64,000 nt of DNA from Escherichia coli (GCF_016903815.1 NZ_CP069973.1); one strand, 5' to 3'; counted from the first letter of the stretch, positions 12,126 through 24,309 are shown. A program made the numbers and translations. Notes: generated by a model from the sequence alone, not told the origin.

Positions 12126-13178
12126 ATGAAAAAAATACCCTGCGTGATGATGCGAGGTGGAACCTCGAGGGGCGCGTTCCTGTTAGCGGAACATTTACCC
12201 GAAGATCAAACGCAGCGCGATAAAATATTGATGGCAATTATGGGTTCCGGTAACGATCTGGAAATTGACGGTATTGGCGGCGGTAATCCGCTGACCAGTA
12301 AAGTCGCCATTATTAGCCGCTCCAGCGATCCGCGTGCAGATGTCGATTATCTGTTTGCTCAAGTTATCGTCCATGAGCAACGTGTCGATACCACGCCTAA
12401 CTGCGGCAATATGCTGTCTGGCGTTGGGGCATTCGCCATTGAAAATGGTTTGATTGCAGCGACTTCGCCAGTTACCCGCGTACGTATCCGCAACGTCAAT
12501 ACGGGTACGTTCATCGAAGCTGATGTGCAAACGCCAAATGGTGTTGTCGAGTACGAGGGTAGCGCCAGAATTGACGGCGTACCGGGTACTGCCGCACCGG
12601 TTGCGCTCACTTTCCTGAATGCCGCCGGAACCAAAACCGGAAAAGTCTTCCCGACGGATAATCAGATTGATTATTTTGACGATGTCCCGGTGACCTGTAT
12701 CGATATGGCGATGCCAGTTGTCATTATTCCTGCTGAATATCTGGGAAAAACAGGCTATGAATTACCGGCGGAGCTGGATGCCGACAAAGCATTATTAGCC
12801 CGCATTGAATCTATCCGTCTACAAGCGGGTAAAGCAATGGGCTTAGGCGATGTCAGTAATATGGTTATCCCTAAACCTGTGCTTATTTCTCCAGCGCAGA
12901 AAGGCGGAGCAATTAATGTGCGTTATTTTATGCCGCATTCTTGCCATCGCGCGCTGGCGATAACCGGTGCTATTGCCATTTCCAGTAGTTGTGCATTGGA
13001 AGGCACCGTCACCCGACAAATCGTCCCTTCTGTAGGATACGGCAATATCAATATTGAACACCCCAGTGGTGCGCTCGACGTTCATTTAAGTAATGAAGGT
13101 CAGGATGCCACGACGTTACGCGCATCTGTTATTCGGACAACCAGAAAAATATTTTCCGGTGAAGTTTTTCTTCCCTGA
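12126..13178 (+). CDS. ybhH: PrpF/AcnD-accessory family putative isomerase
   Basis: 350 aa ORF matching recalled YbhH. Confidence 0.9.
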   Translation: MKKIPCVMMRGGTSRGAFLLAEHLPEDQTQRDKILMAIMGSGNDLEIDGIGGGNPLTSKVAIISRSSDPRADVDYLFAQVIVHEQRVDTTPNCGNMLSGVGAFAIENGLIAATSPVTRVRIRNVNTGTFIEADVQTPNGVVEYEGSARIDGVPGTAAPVALTFLNAAGTKTGKVFPTDNQIDYFDDVPVTCIDMAMPVVIIPAEYLGKTGYELPAELDADKALLARIESIRLQAGKAMGLGDVSNMVIPKPVLISPAQKGGAINVRYFMPHSCHRALAITGAIAISSSCALEGTVTRQIVPSVGYGNINIEHPSGALDVHLSNEGQDATTLRASVIRTTRKIFSGEVFLP

Positions 13179-13253
13179 AAAAATTCGTTGTCAGGATAAG
13201 GACAATCAATAAAGGACTTCTGTATGAGTCATACAGAAAGAACAGGATTTTAA

Positions 13254-14687
13254 ATGAATAAAAAATCGTTATGGAAGCTAATTCTGATATTAGCGATCCC
13301 ATGTATTATTGGCTTTATGCCAGCTCCGGCAGGATTAAGCGAACTGGCGTGGGTGCTTTTTGGTATTTACCTGGCGGCCATTGTGGGGCTGGTTATCAAG
13401 CCTTTCCCGGAACCTGTCGTACTGTTAATTGCCGTTGCTGCCTCCATGGTGGTGGTCGGTAACTTATCCGACGGTGCGTTTAAAACCACCGCCGTATTAA
13501 GCGGTTACTCTTCAGGTACCACCTGGCTGGTGTTCTCGGCGTTTACCTTAAGCGCCGCATTTGTGACCACCGGCTTAGGTAAACGTATTGCCTATTTGCT
13601 GATTGGTAAAATTGGTAGCACTACCCTGGGTCTGGGTTACGTTACGGTATTTCTCGATCTGGTACTGGCTCCGGCAACACCGTCTAACACCGCGCGTGCG
13701 GGCGGCATTGTGTTACCGATCATCAACAGCGTGGCGGTGGCTTTGGGGTCCGAACCGGAAAAAAGCCCGCGTCGTGTCGGACATTACCTGATGATGTCCA
13801 TTTACATGGTCACCAAAACCACCAGCTATATGTTCTTTACCGCAATGGCGGGGAACATTCTGGCGCTGAAAATGATCAACGATATTCTGCACCTGCAAAT
13901 TAGCTGGGGTGGATGGGCGCTGGCCGCCGGATTGCCGGGTATCATTATGCTGCTGGTCACCCCGCTGGTGATTTACACCATGTATCCGCCAGAAATTAAG
14001 AAGGTGGATAACAAAACCATCGCCAAAGCGGGCCTTGCCGAACTGGGACCGATGAAAATCCGCGAAAAAATGCTGCTCGGTGTCTTCGTGCTGGCGCTGC
14101 TGGGCTGGATTTTCAGTAAGTCACTGGGGGTTGATGAATCCACCGTGGCAATCGTTGTTATGGCGACCATGCTGCTGCTGGGTATCGTTACCTGGGAAGA
14201 CGTGGTTAAAAATAAAGGCGGCTGGAATACCTTAATCTGGTACGGCGGTATTATCGGCTTAAGCTCCTTATTATCGAAAGTTAAATTCTTCGAATGGTTA
14301 GCTGAAGTCTTTAAAAATAACCTGGCATTTGATGGTCACGGTAACGTTGCTTTCTTCGTTATTATTTTCCTCAGCATTATCGTGCGTTATTTCTTCGCTT
14401 CCGGTAGTGCCTATATCGTTGCCATGTTACCGGTATTTGCCATGCTGGCGAACGTCTCCGGCGCACCGTTAATGTTAACCGCGCTGGCACTGTTGTTCTC
14501 CAACTCCTATGGCGGCATGGTTACTCACTATGGCGGCGCGGCAGGTCCGGTCATCTTTGGCGTGGGTTATAACGATATTAAATCCTGGTGGTTGGTCGGT
14601 GCGGTACTGACGATATTAACCTTCCTGGTGCATATCACCCTTGGCGTGTGGTGGTGGAATATGCTGATCGGCTGGAACATGCTGTAA
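13254..14687 (+). CDS. ybhI: DASS-family putative di/tricarboxylate transporter
   Basis: 477 aa polytopic membrane ORF. Confidence 0.9.
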   Translation: MNKKSLWKLILILAIPCIIGFMPAPAGLSELAWVLFGIYLAAIVGLVIKPFPEPVVLLIAVAASMVVVGNLSDGAFKTTAVLSGYSSGTTWLVFSAFTLSAAFVTTGLGKRIAYLLIGKIGSTTLGLGYVTVFLDLVLAPATPSNTARAGGIVLPIINSVAVALGSEPEKSPRRVGHYLMMSIYMVTKTTSYMFFTAMAGNILALKMINDILHLQISWGGWALAAGLPGIIMLLVTPLVIYTMYPPEIKKVDNKTIAKAGLAELGPMKIREKMLLGVFVLALLGWIFSKSLGVDESTVAIVVMATMLLLGIVTWEDVVKNKGGWNTLIWYGGIIGLSSLLSKVKFFEWLAEVFKNNLAFDGHGNVAFFVIIFLSIIVRYFFASGSAYIVAMLPVFAMLANVSGAPLMLTALALLFSNSYGGMVTHYGGAAGPVIFGVGYNDIKSWWLVGAVLTILTFLVHITLGVWWWNMLIGWNML

Positions 14688-14689
14688 AT

Positions 14690-14814
14690 ATACTCGTCAT
14701 ACTTCAAGTTGCATGTGCTGCGTCTGCGTTCGCTCACCCCAGTCACTTACTTATGTAAGCTCCTGGGGATTCACTCGATTGTCGCCTTCCTGCAACTCGA
14801 ATTATTTAGAGTAT
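14690..14814. repeat. ERIC (enterobacterial repetitive intergenic consensus / IRU) element
   Basis: Contains CGCTCACCCCAGTCACTTACTT (reverse complement of the ERIC2 primer sequence) and ATGTAAGCTCCTGGGGATTCAC (ERIC1R sequence) plus outer imperfect inverted arms; about 125 bp between ybhI and ybhJ. Confidence 0.75.
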
Positions 14815-14869
14815 ATCCATTTATTATCTTTCTGCGCACTTCTCGGTGCGCAGATATCTGGAGCATTTG

Positions 14870-17131
14870 ATGATCAAGTTATCTGAAAAAGGCGTGTTTC
14901 TCGCCAGTAATAACGAAATAATTGCCGAAGAACATTTCACCGGCGAAATTAAAAAAGAAGAAGCAAAAAAAGGCACTATTGCCTGGTCTATTCTCTCTTC
15001 TCATAATACGTCCGGAAATATGGATAAACTTAAAATTAAGTTTGATTCATTAGCCTCTCACGATATTACCTTTGTTGGTATTGTACAGACCGCTAAAGCG
15101 TCCGGTATGGAACGTTTCCCGCTGCCGTATGTGCTGACCAACTGCCATAACTCACTTTGCGCCGTCGGCGGCACCATTAACGGTGATGACCATGTTTTTG
15201 GTTTATCGGCGGCTCAGCGTTATGGCGGTATTTTTGTGCCTCCGCATATTGCGGTCATCCATCAATATATGCGCGAGATGATGGCAGGCGGCGGCAAAAT
15301 GATCCTCGGGTCAGACAGCCACACCCGTTACGGTGCATTAGGGACAATGGCAGTCGGTGAGGGCGGCGGCGAGTTGGTAAAACAATTGCTTAATGACACC
15401 TGGGATATCGACTATCCGGGAGTTGTTGCGGTGCATCTGACCGGAAAACCAGCGCCGTATGTGGGGCCACAGGATGTGGCGCTGGCTATCATCGGTGCCG
15501 TGTTCAAAAACGGCTACGTCAAAAACAAAGTGATGGAATTCGTAGGTCCCGGTGTTGCTGCGCTCTCTACCGATTTCCGTAACAGCGTTGACGTTATGAC
15601 CACGGAAACGACCTGTTTAAGTTCTGTCTGGCAAACCGATGAAGAAGTCCATAACTGGCTGGCGCTGCACGGTCGCGGCCAGGATTACTGCCAGCTTAAC
15701 CCTCAACCGATGGCGTACTACGATGGCTGCATCAGCGTTGATTTAAGCGCCATCAAACCAATGATTGCGCTGCCGTTCCACCCGAGCAACGTGTATGAAA
15801 TCGACATGCTGAACCAGAACCTGACCGACATTCTGCGTGAGATTGAAATTGAGTCCGAACGCGTGGCGCACGGTAAAGCCAAACTCTCGCTGCTGGATAA
15901 AGTGGAAAATGGTCGCCTGAAAGTGCAGCAGGGGATTATCGCAGGCTGTTCTGGCGGTAACTACGAAAACGTCATCGCGGCGGCGAATGCACTGCGCGGT
16001 CAATCCTGTGGCAATGACACCTTCTCGTTAGCGGTTTACCCGTCATCACAGCCGGTGTTTATGGATTTAGCCAAAAAAGGCGTGGTAGCAGATTTGATTG
16101 GCGCAGGCGCAATCATCAGAACCGCGTTCTGCGGCCCATGCTTTGGCGCGGGCGATACGCCAATCAACAACGGTTTGAGCATTCGCCACACCACGCGTAA
16201 CTTCCCGAACCGCGAAGGCTCTAAGCCAGCCAATGGGCAGATGTCAGCGGTGGCGTTGATGGACGCTCGTTCTATCGCTGCGACTGCGGCAAACGGTGGC
16301 TATTTAACCTCTGCCAGCGAACTTGATTGCTGGGACAACGTGCCGGAGTACGCCTTCGATGTAACGCCGTATAAAAACCGTGTTTATCAGGGCTTTGTGA
16401 AAGGGGCGACCCAGCAACCGCTGATTTACGGACCGAACATTAAAGACTGGCCGGAATTGGGTGCGCTGACTGACAATATCGTCCTCAAAGTGTGCTCGAA
16501 GATCCTCGACGAAGTCACCACCACCGACGAACTGATTCCTTCCGGTGAAACCTCTTCTTATCGTTCAAATCCGATTGGTCTGGCGGAGTTTACCCTGTCA
16601 CGCCGCGATCCAGGTTATGTTGGCAGAAGTAAAGCGACTGCTGAGCTGGAAAATCAGCGTCTGGCGGGGAATGTCAGCGAGCTGACAGAGGTGTTTGCGC
16701 GCATTAAGCAGATTACTGGTCAGGAGCATATTGATCCGCTGCAAACTGAAATTGGCAGCATGGTCTATGCGGTGAAACCAGGCGATGGTTCTGCGCGTGA
16801 GCAGGCGGCGAGCTGCCAGCGTGTGATTGGCGGTCTGGCGAATATTGCCGAGGAGTACGCGACTAAACGCTACCGTTCTAACGTCATCAACTGGGGGATG
16901 TTACCGCTGCAGATGGCGGAAGCGCCAACGTTTGAAGTGGGGGATTACATTTACATCCCTGGCATTAAAGCAGCGCTGGATAATCCGGGTACGACGTTTA
17001 AAGGTTATGTGATCCATGAAGATGCGCCGGTAACGGAAATTACGCTTTACATGGAAAGCCTGACGGCCGAAGAGCGCGAGATTATCAAGGCGGGTAGTTT
17101 GATTAACTTCAATAAAAACCGTCAGATGTAA
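14870..17131 (+). CDS. ybhJ: aconitase-family putative hydratase
   Basis: ORF track begins at an upstream non-ATG start (14846); ATG at 14870 ([10 protein letters not shown]) has GGAG 7 nt upstream and gives the 753 aa recalled for K-12. Confidence 0.9.
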   Translation: MIKLSEKGVFLASNNEIIAEEHFTGEIKKEEAKKGTIAWSILSSHNTSGNMDKLKIKFDSLASHDITFVGIVQTAKASGMERFPLPYVLTNCHNSLCAVGGTINGDDHVFGLSAAQRYGGIFVPPHIAVIHQYMREMMAGGGKMILGSDSHTRYGALGTMAVGEGGGELVKQLLNDTWDIDYPGVVAVHLTGKPAPYVGPQDVALAIIGAVFKNGYVKNKVMEFVGPGVAALSTDFRNSVDVMTTETTCLSSVWQTDEEVHNWLALHGRGQDYCQLNPQPMAYYDGCISVDLSAIKPMIALPFHPSNVYEIDMLNQNLTDILREIEIESERVAHGKAKLSLLDKVENGRLKVQQGIIAGCSGGNYENVIAAANALRGQSCGNDTFSLAVYPSSQPVFMDLAKKGVVADLIGAGAIIRTAFCGPCFGAGDTPINNGLSIRHTTRNFPNREGSKPANGQMSAVALMDARSIAATAANGGYLTSASELDCWDNVPEYAFDVTPYKNRVYQGFVKGATQQPLIYGPNIKDWPELGALTDNIVLKVCSKILDEVTTTDELIPSGETSSYRSNPIGLAEFTLSRRDPGYVGRSKATAELENQRLAGNVSELTEVFARIKQITGQEHIDPLQTEIGSMVYAVKPGDGSAREQAASCQRVIGGLANIAEEYATKRYRSNVINWGMLPLQMAEAPTFEVGDYIYIPGIKAALDNPGTTFKGYVIHEDAPVTEITLYMESLTAEEREIIKAGSLINFNKNRQM

Positions 17132-17135
17132 AAAA

Positions 17136-17200
17136 AGGCGCTATGAAATATAGCGCCCAGTTTCATTAACCCGATGGTTCAGACTATCGGGTTTTCTTTT
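17136..17200. terminator. paired hairpins between convergent ybhJ and ybhC
   Basis: GGCGCTAT-GAAA-TATAGCGCC hairpin then CCCGATGG...CTATCGGG hairpin followed by T-rich tract. Confidence 0.5.
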
Positions 17201-18484
17201 TTACTTCTTCGCCTCTGCAACCACTTTGCTACCCACGCCGCGGTTATTGTATTCCCACATGCGGTTGTAGTTAGTGTCATTCATATTGCGTTGTATTTCG
17301 TCGCTATCGTCAACACTGCCGGTGTTACCTGCGAATGGACGATTGGAAATCACCGCATCGGCCCACGGTTTCGCCGTGTTAAAACCTTCGTTGATGGCGC
17401 TATCACGGATCACCACCTGACCGTTGGTATTGGCATCAACATCCAGCGAGCGGCCCAGTTGCGCCACGCCATCACCGGAAGCATTGAAACGGCTGTTTAC
17501 GGCGAGGAAACCGTAGTAAATGTTGGACAGCGTAGCCGGTGCAAACACATACGCTTCTTGCTGGGTACGGGAGTTCACCACGCGGAATTCGGTGTTATCG
17601 AACACCACTGCGCCGCGACCAGAAACGATATCCACATCCCCTTCAATATAGCTGTTGGTCACCAGCGTACGCGGCTGACGATTCGTTTCCAGACGGTTCT
17701 GCACACCGCTATTGGTGACAAAGAAGGTGTTCTGACGACCGAGAATGTTAACGTTGTTAATCTGTACCTGGTCACCATCAGTACGCAGTGCCACCGCCGG
17801 ATGGTTACCCGCATCTACGCTATCACCCAGCGTGTTTTCGATGGTCAGGTTTTGCAGTTGCAGGCCATTGTTTTGTGACCAGAAGACCGCAGAGCAGAGA
17901 ACACCGATACTGTCGCTGCGTTTGCTCTGGCAGCTATCGTACATATACCACGCTGGTTTACCTGGCATATATTTGCCGCGCGGGTTGACGTCGTGACGCC
18001 AGTCGGCAGGGCTCATGCCCCCATCAAGGGAAAGCCCAATCTTCACATCAATCGGTTTTTCACCTGTACCGTACAGAGTAATTCCACCCGGAGCGGCAGG
18101 GACATATACCGTTCCCTGATACTCACCAGGCATCACGGCAATATACTGGCGCTTGTTGGTACGCTTGATAATTGCCGCATCTACCGCCGCCTGAATCGTG
18201 GTATGCGTTACACCTTGAGTACCCGCCGGGCCGACAACAAAGTCAGGTTGCGCAGGCAAGGTAATTGGGGAAGGATTCCACGCTGCCGCACCTGGTGTCA
18301 GGGATGCAAAATAGTGTTGAGCATCGAAATTCTGCGCTTCTTTTGCCGACAGAATCGGGCGTGAAGAGGTACCAGGCGCGGTTTGATCAGAAGGACGTTG
18401 ATCGGGCGGTGTTGAGCTACAGGCGGTCAGCGTCACGCCAAAAGCCAATGCCAGCGCCAGACGGGAAACTGAAAATGTGTTCAC
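17201..18484 (-). CDS. ybhC: outer-membrane lipoprotein, pectinesterase-like fold
   Basis: 427 aa ORF with lipoprotein signal (LTAC lipobox). Confidence 0.93.
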   Translation of the reverse strand: MNTFSVSRLALALAFGVTLTACSSTPPDQRPSDQTAPGTSSRPILSAKEAQNFDAQHYFASLTPGAAAWNPSPITLPAQPDFVVGPAGTQGVTHTTIQAAVDAAIIKRTNKRQYIAVMPGEYQGTVYVPAAPGGITLYGTGEKPIDVKIGLSLDGGMSPADWRHDVNPRGKYMPGKPAWYMYDSCQSKRSDSIGVLCSAVFWSQNNGLQLQNLTIENTLGDSVDAGNHPAVALRTDGDQVQINNVNILGRQNTFFVTNSGVQNRLETNRQPRTLVTNSYIEGDVDIVSGRGAVVFDNTEFRVVNSRTQQEAYVFAPATLSNIYYGFLAVNSRFNASGDGVAQLGRSLDVDANTNGQVVIRDSAINEGFNTAKPWADAVISNRPFAGNTGSVDDSDEIQRNMNDTNYNRMWEYNNRGVGSKVVAEAKK

Positions 18485-18635
18485 AGGTTGCTCCGGGCTA
18501 TGAAATAGAAAAATGAATCCGTTGAAGCCTGCTTTTTTATACTAACTTGAGCGAAACGGGAAGGTAAAAAGACAAAAAGTTGTTTTTAATACCTTTAAGT
18601 GATACCAGATGGCATAGCGCCATCTGGCAGAGTGA

Positions 18636-19112
18636 TTAACTAAACATCGCAGTAATCGAGGCGCTTGCCAGAGAGTGGAAATGGACGTTAAACCCGACCA
18701 TCGCGCCGCTGGCACCTTCATCGACATCAATACGTTCTACATCCAGCGCGTGAACGGTAAAAATGTAGCGATGGGTTTCGCCTTTCGGCGGCGCTGCACC
18801 ATCGTACCCGGTTTTACCAAAGTCGGTACGCGTCTGCAAAACGCCGTCTGGCATTGCTACCAGACCAGAGCCAAACCCTTGCGGTAATACGCGGGTATCA
18901 GCGGGTAAATTAACAACGACCCAGTGCCACCAGCCGGAGCCGGTTGGCGCATCCGGGTCGTAGCAGGTGACGACAAAACTTTTCGTTCCCGCAGGAACAT
19001 CATCCCACGCCAGATGCGGTGAAATATTATCGCCATCGTAACCCATGCCGTTAAAGACATGACGATGTGGCAACTTATCGCCATCGCGCAGATCATTACT
19101 GATGAGTTTCAT
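18636..19112 (-). CDS. ybhB: PEBP/YbhB-family protein
   Basis: 158 aa ORF matching recalled YbhB. Confidence 0.93.
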   Translation of the reverse strand: MKLISNDLRDGDKLPHRHVFNGMGYDGDNISPHLAWDDVPAGTKSFVVTCYDPDAPTGSGWWHWVVVNLPADTRVLPQGFGSGLVAMPDGVLQTRTDFGKTGYDGAAPPKGETHRYIFTVHALDVERIDVDEGASGAMVGFNVHFHSLASASITAMFS

Positions 19113-19170
19113 GAACCCTCCTTTCTAGTTTGCAGAAAGTGCAGCCAGAAACCCTCACGCTGACTTCCCG

Positions 19171-20460
19171 TTATTGGCAAAAAAATGTTTCATCCTGCAC
19201 CGCACGATTAACCGCTGCGGTCAGACGCTGCAACTGTTGCGGGAGAATAATATAGGGCGGCATCAGGTAAATCAGTTTGCCAAATGGTCGTATCCAGACA
19301 CCCTGTTCGACAAAGAATTTTTGCAGCGCTGCCATATTCACCGGACGAGTGGTTTCGACCACGCCAATGGCCCCTAGCACGCGCACATCGGCAACCATTT
19401 TGGCATCACGGGCTGGTGCCAGTTGCTCGCGCAGTTGTACTTCAATAGCCACCACCTGCTGCTGCCAGTCGCCAGATTCGAGAATCGCCAGGCTGGCGTT
19501 TGCTGCCGCGCAGGCTAGCGGATTGCCCATAAAAGTTGGCCCATGCATAAAGCAACCGGCTTCGCCGTTACTGATGGTTTCCGCAACCTCGCGCGTGGTG
19601 AGTGTGGCGGAAAGGGTCATTGTACCGCCGGTTAAGGCTTTACCGAGGCACAAAATGTCCGGCGCGATATCTGCATGTTCACAGGCAAACAGTTTGCCAG
19701 TACGACCAAATCCGGTGGCGATCTCGTCGGCAATCAGCAAGATACCTTCGCGATCGCACATTTTGCGGATTCGTTTTAACCATTCCGGATGGTAGATGCG
19801 CATCCCGCCTGCGCCCTGGACAATCGGTTCAATGATCACCGCCGCGATTTCATGACGATGCGCCGCCATCAGGCGGGCAAAGCCCACCATATCGCGCTCA
19901 TCCCATTCACCATCCATGCGGCTTTGCGGGGCGGGAGCAAACAAGTTTTCTGGCAGATAGCCTTTCCACAGGCTGTGCATTGAGTTGTCCGGATCGCACA
20001 CCGACATCGCGCCAAAGGTATCGCCATGATAACCATTGCGGAAGGTCAGAAAACGCTGGCGCGCTTCGCCTTTGGCCTGCCAGTACTGCAACGCCATTTT
20101 CATCGCCACTTCTACCGCTACGGAGCCGGAGTCCGCGAGAAAAACGCATTCCAGCGGTTGCGGCGTCATCGCCACCAGTTTGCGGCACAGCTCAATGGCT
20201 GGCGCATGAGTGATACCGCCAAACATCACATGCGACATGGCATCAATTTGCGACTTCATCGCCGCATTAAGCTGCGGGTGATTGTAACCGTGGATCGCCG
20301 CCCACCAGGACGACATACCGTCAACCAGGCGTCTGCCGTCAGACAAAATTAGCTCGCAACCTTCGGCGCTCGCCACCGGATAAACCGGCAGCGGGGAGGT
20401 CATGGATGTGTAGGGGTGCCAGATATGGCGTTGGTCAAAGGCAAGATCGTCCGTTGTCAT
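19171..20460 (-). CDS. bioA: adenosylmethionine-8-amino-7-oxononanoate aminotransferase
   Basis: ORF track 466 aa; start set to ATG at 20460 ([17 protein letters not shown]) for 429 aa. Confidence 0.95.
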   Translation of the reverse strand: MTTDDLAFDQRHIWHPYTSMTSPLPVYPVASAEGCELILSDGRRLVDGMSSWWAAIHGYNHPQLNAAMKSQIDAMSHVMFGGITHAPAIELCRKLVAMTPQPLECVFLADSGSVAVEVAMKMALQYWQAKGEARQRFLTFRNGYHGDTFGAMSVCDPDNSMHSLWKGYLPENLFAPAPQSRMDGEWDERDMVGFARLMAAHRHEIAAVIIEPIVQGAGGMRIYHPEWLKRIRKMCDREGILLIADEIATGFGRTGKLFACEHADIAPDILCLGKALTGGTMTLSATLTTREVAETISNGEAGCFMHGPTFMGNPLACAAANASLAILESGDWQQQVVAIEVQLREQLAPARDAKMVADVRVLGAIGVVETTRPVNMAALQKFFVEQGVWIRPFGKLIYLMPPYIILPQQLQRLTAAVNRAVQDETFFCQ

Positions 20461-20467
20461 AATCGAC

Positions 20468-20507
20468 TTGTAAACCAAATTGAAAAGATTTAGGTTTACG
20501 AGTCTAC
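20468..20507. promoter_or_regulatory. bio operator (BirA) in divergent bioA/bioBFCD promoter
   Basis: TTGTAAACCAAATTGAAAAGATTTAGGTTTACGAG, the ~40 bp imperfect palindrome recalled as bioO, between bioA and bioB. Confidence 0.75.
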
Positions 20508-20546
20508 ACCGAATTAACAACAAAAAACACGTTTTGGAGAAGCCCC

Positions 20547-21587
20547 ATGGCTCACCGCCCACGCTGGACATTGTCGCAAGTCACAGAATTATTTGAAAAA
20601 CCGTTGCTGGATCTGCTGTTTGAAGCGCAGCAGGTGCATCGTCAGCATTTCGATCCACGTCAGGTGCAGGTCAGCACTTTGCTGTCAATTAAGACCGGAG
20701 CTTGTCCGGAAGATTGCAAATATTGCCCGCAAAGCTCGCGCTATAAAACCGGGCTGGAAGCCGAGCGGTTGATGGAAGTTGAACAGGTGCTGGAGTCGGC
20801 GCGAAAAGCGAAAGCGGCGGGATCGACACGTTTCTGTATGGGCGCGGCGTGGAAGAATCCCCACGAACGCGACATGCCCTATCTGGAGCAGATGGTGCAG
20901 GGGGTAAAAGCGATGGGCCTGGAGGCGTGTATGACGCTGGGTACGTTGAGTGAATCTCAGGCGCAGCGCCTTGCGAACGCCGGGCTGGATTACTACAACC
21001 ACAACCTCGACACCTCGCCGGAGTTTTACGGCAATATCATCACCACACGCACTTATCAGGAACGCCTCGATACGCTGGAAAAAGTGCGCGATGCCGGGAT
21101 CAAAGTCTGCTCAGGTGGCATTGTGGGCTTAGGCGAAACGGTAAAAGATCGCGCCGGATTATTACTGCAACTGGCAAACCTGCCGACGCCGCCGGAAAGC
21201 GTGCCAATCAATATGCTGGTGAAGGTGAAAGGCACACCGCTGGCGGATAACGATGATGTCGATGCCTTTGATTTTATTCGCACCATTGCCGTAGCGCGGA
21301 TCATGATGCCGACCTCATACGTGCGCCTTTCTGCCGGACGCGAGCAGATGAATGAACAGACTCAGGCGATGTGCTTTATGGCCGGGGCTAACTCAATTTT
21401 CTACGGTTGCAAACTGCTGACTACGCCGAATCCGGAAGAAGATAAAGACCTGCAACTGTTCCGCAAACTGGGGCTAAATCCGCAGCAAACTGCCGTGCTG
21501 GCAGGGGATAACGAACAACAGCAGCGTCTGGAGCAGGCACTGATGACCCCGGACACTGACGAATATTACAACGCGGCAGCACTATGA
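20547..21587 (+). CDS. bioB: biotin synthase (radical SAM)
   Basis: 346 aa ORF with CxxxCxxC motif (CPEDCKYC). Confidence 0.97.
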   Translation: MAHRPRWTLSQVTELFEKPLLDLLFEAQQVHRQHFDPRQVQVSTLLSIKTGACPEDCKYCPQSSRYKTGLEAERLMEVEQVLESARKAKAAGSTRFCMGAAWKNPHERDMPYLEQMVQGVKAMGLEACMTLGTLSESQAQRLANAGLDYYNHNLDTSPEFYGNIITTRTYQERLDTLEKVRDAGIKVCSGGIVGLGETVKDRAGLLLQLANLPTPPESVPINMLVKVKGTPLADNDDVDAFDFIRTIAVARIMMPTSYVRLSAGREQMNEQTQAMCFMAGANSIFYGCKLLTTPNPEEDKDLQLFRKLGLNPQQTAVLAGDNEQQQRLEQALMTPDTDEYYNAAAL

Positions 21588-22738
21588 GCTGGCAGGAGAA
21601 AATCAACGCGGCGCTCGATGCGCGGCGTGCTGCCGATGCCCTGCGTCGCCGTTATCCGGTGGCGCAAGGGGCCGGACGCTGGCTGGTGGCGGACGATCGC
21701 CAGTATCTGAACTTTTCCAGTAACGATTATTTAGGTTTAAGCCATCATCCGCAAATTATCCGTGCCTGGAAGCAGAGTGCGGAGCAATTTGGCGTCGGTA
21801 GCGGCGGCTCCGGTCACGTCAGCGGTTATAGCGTGGCACATCAGGCGCTGGAAGAAGAACTGGCCGAGTGGCTGGGCTATTCGCGGGCACTGCTGTTTAT
21901 CTCTGGTTTTGCCGCTAATCAGGCGGTCATTGCCGCGATGATGGCGAAAGAGGACCGTATTGTTGCCGACCGGCTTAGCCATGCCTCATTGCTGGAGGCT
22001 GCCAGTTTAAGCCCGTCGCAGCTTCGACGTTTTACCCATAACGATGTCGCTCATCTGGCGCGACTGCTTGCTTCCCCCTGTCCGGGGCAGCAACTGGTGG
22101 TGACAGAAGGCGTGTTCAGCATGGACGGCGATAGTGCGCCACTGGCGGAAATCCAGCAAGTAACGCAACAGCACAATGGCTGGTTGATGGTCGATGATGC
22201 CCACGGCACGGGCGTTATCGGGGAGCAGGGGCGTGGCAGCTGCTGGCTGCAAAAGGTAAAACCAGAATTGCTGGTGGTGACTTTTGGCAAAGGATTTGGC
22301 GTCAGCGGGGCAGCGGTGCTTTGCTCCAGTACGGTGGCGGATTATCTGCTGCAATTCGCCCGCCATCTTATCTACAGCACCAGTATGCCGCCCGCTCAGG
22401 CGCAGGCATTACGTGCATCGCTGGCGGTCATTCGCAGTGATGAGGGTGATGCACGGCGCGAAAAACTGGCGGCACTCATTACGCGTTTTCGTGCCGGAGT
22501 ACAGGATTTGCCGTTTACGCTTGCTGATTCATGCAGCGCCATCCAGCCATTGATTGTTGGTGATAACAGCCGTGCGTTACAACTGGCAGAAAAACTGCGC
22601 CAGCAAGGCTGCTGGGTCACGGCGATTCGCCCGCCAACCGTACCTGCTGGTACAGCGCGACTGCGCTTAACACTAACCGCCGCGCATGAAATGCAGGATA
22701 TCGACCGTCTGCTGGAGGTGCTGCATGGCAACGGTTAA
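21584..22738 (+). CDS. bioF: 8-amino-7-oxononanoate synthase
   Basis: 384 aa ORF, start overlaps bioB stop. Confidence 0.97.
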   Translation: MSWQEKINAALDARRAADALRRRYPVAQGAGRWLVADDRQYLNFSSNDYLGLSHHPQIIRAWKQSAEQFGVGSGGSGHVSGYSVAHQALEEELAEWLGYSRALLFISGFAANQAVIAAMMAKEDRIVADRLSHASLLEAASLSPSQLRRFTHNDVAHLARLLASPCPGQQLVVTEGVFSMDGDSAPLAEIQQVTQQHNGWLMVDDAHGTGVIGEQGRGSCWLQKVKPELLVVTFGKGFGVSGAAVLCSSTVADYLLQFARHLIYSTSMPPAQAQALRASLAVIRSDEGDARREKLAALITRFRAGVQDLPFTLADSCSAIQPLIVGDNSRALQLAEKLRQQGCWVTAIRPPTVPAGTARLRLTLTAAHEMQDIDRLLEVLHGNG

Positions 22739-23480
22739 TAAACAAGCCATTGCAGCGGCATTTGGTCGGGCAGCCGCGCACTATGAGCAACACGCAGAGT
22801 TACAGCGCCAGAGTGCTGACGTCTTACTGGCAATGCTCCCACAGCGTAAATACACCCACGTACTGGACGCGGGTTGTGGACCTGGCTGGATGAGCCGCCA
22901 TTGGAGAGAGCGTCACGCGCAGGTGACGGCGTTAGATCTCTCGCCGCCAATGCTTGTTCAGGCACGCCATAAAGATGCCGCAGACCATTATCTGGCGGGA
23001 GATATCGAATCCCTGCCGTTAGCGACTGCGACGTTCGATCTTGCATGGAGCAATCTCGCGGTGCAGTGGTGCGGTAATTTATCCACGGCACTTCGCGAGC
23101 TGTATCGGGTGGTGCGCCCCGGAGGCGTGGTCGCGTTTACCACGCTGGTGCAGGGATCGCTCCCTGAATTACATCAGGCGTGGCAGGCGGTGGACGAGCG
23201 CCCGCATGCTAATCGCTTTTTACCGCCAGATGAAATCGAACAGTCGCTGAACGGAGTGCATTATCAACATCATATTCAGCCCATCACGCTGTGGTTTGAT
23301 GATGCGCTCAGTGCTATGCGTTCGCTGAAAGGCATCGGTGCCACGCATCTTCATGAAGGGCGCTACCCACGAATATTAACGCGTTCGCAGTTGCAGCGAT
23401 TGCAACTGGCATGGCCGCAACAACAGGGGCGATATCCTCTGACGTATCATCTTTTTTTGGGAGTGATTGCTCGTGAGTAA
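22725..23480 (+). CDS. bioC: malonyl-ACP O-methyltransferase
   Basis: ORF track 264 aa; internal ATG ([14 protein letters not shown]) gives 251 aa; SAM-MTase motif LDAGCGPG. Confidence 0.9.
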   Translation: MATVNKQAIAAAFGRAAAHYEQHAELQRQSADVLLAMLPQRKYTHVLDAGCGPGWMSRHWRERHAQVTALDLSPPMLVQARHKDAADHYLAGDIESLPLATATFDLAWSNLAVQWCGNLSTALRELYRVVRPGGVVAFTTLVQGSLPELHQAWQAVDERPHANRFLPPDEIEQSLNGVHYQHHIQPITLWFDDALSAMRSLKGIGATHLHEGRYPRILTRSQLQRLQLAWPQQQGRYPLTYHLFLGVIARE

Positions 23481-24150
23481 ACGTTATTTTGTCACCGGAA
23501 CGGATACCGAAGTGGGGAAAACTGTCGCCAGTTGTGCACTTTTACAAGCCGCGAAGGCAGCAGGTTATCGGACGGCAGGTTATAAACCGGTCGCCTCTGG
23601 CAGCGAAAAGACCCCGGAAGGCTTACGTAATAGTGACGCGCTGGCGTTACAGCGCAACAGCAGCCTGCAGCTGGATTACGCAACGGTAAATCCTTACACC
23701 TTCGCAGAACCCACTTCGCCGCACATCATCAGCGCACAAGAGGGCAGGCCGATAGAATCATTGGTAATGAGCGCCGGATTACGCGCGCTTGAACAACAGG
23801 CTGACTGGGTGTTAGTGGAAGGTGCTGGCGGCTGGTTTACGCCGCTTTCTGACACTTTCACTTTTGCAGATTGGGTAACACAGGAACAACTGCCGGTGAT
23901 ACTGGTAGTTGGTGTGAAACTCGGCTGTATTAATCACGCGATGTTGACGGCACAGGCAATACAACACGCCGGGCTGACTCTGGCGGGTTGGGTGGCGAAT
24001 GATGTCACGCCTCCGGGAAAACGTCACGCTGAATATATGACCACGCTCACCCGCATGATTCCCGCGCCGCTGCTGGGAGAGATCCCCTGGCTTGCAGAAA
24101 ATCCAGAAAATGCGGCAACCGGAAAGTACATAAACCTTGCCTTGTTGTAG
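23473..24150 (+). CDS. bioD: dethiobiotin synthetase
   Basis: ORF track starts at an upstream non-ATG codon (TTG at 23467); GTG at 23473 gives the 225 aa form ([17 protein letters not shown]). Confidence 0.92.
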   Translation: MSKRYFVTGTDTEVGKTVASCALLQAAKAAGYRTAGYKPVASGSEKTPEGLRNSDALALQRNSSLQLDYATVNPYTFAEPTSPHIISAQEGRPIESLVMSAGLRALEQQADWVLVEGAGGWFTPLSDTFTFADWVTQEQLPVILVVGVKLGCINHAMLTAQAIQHAGLTLAGWVANDVTPPGKRHAEYMTTLTRMIPAPLLGEIPWLAENPENAATGKYINLALL

Positions 24151-24161
24151 CCATCCTGTAT

Positions 24162-24213
24162 TTGGTTAAATTGCGAGCGAGATCGCGTCTTCGATTGACT
24201 GCAATTTAACCAA
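24162..24213. repeat. 13-bp inverted repeat (TTGGTTAAATTGC ... GCAATTTAACCAA) downstream of bioD
   Basis: Perfect 13-bp arms separated by about 26 nt; likely operon-end stem-loop. Confidence 0.4.
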
Positions 24214-24309
24214 TTAAATTCTAAAATAATCACGAAAAAAATTTTACTTCCGCATCATGCGATGTATGTGGGAATTGCCCAGGCGGCGGGGGATAGGGGC
24301 TGCAGACAG

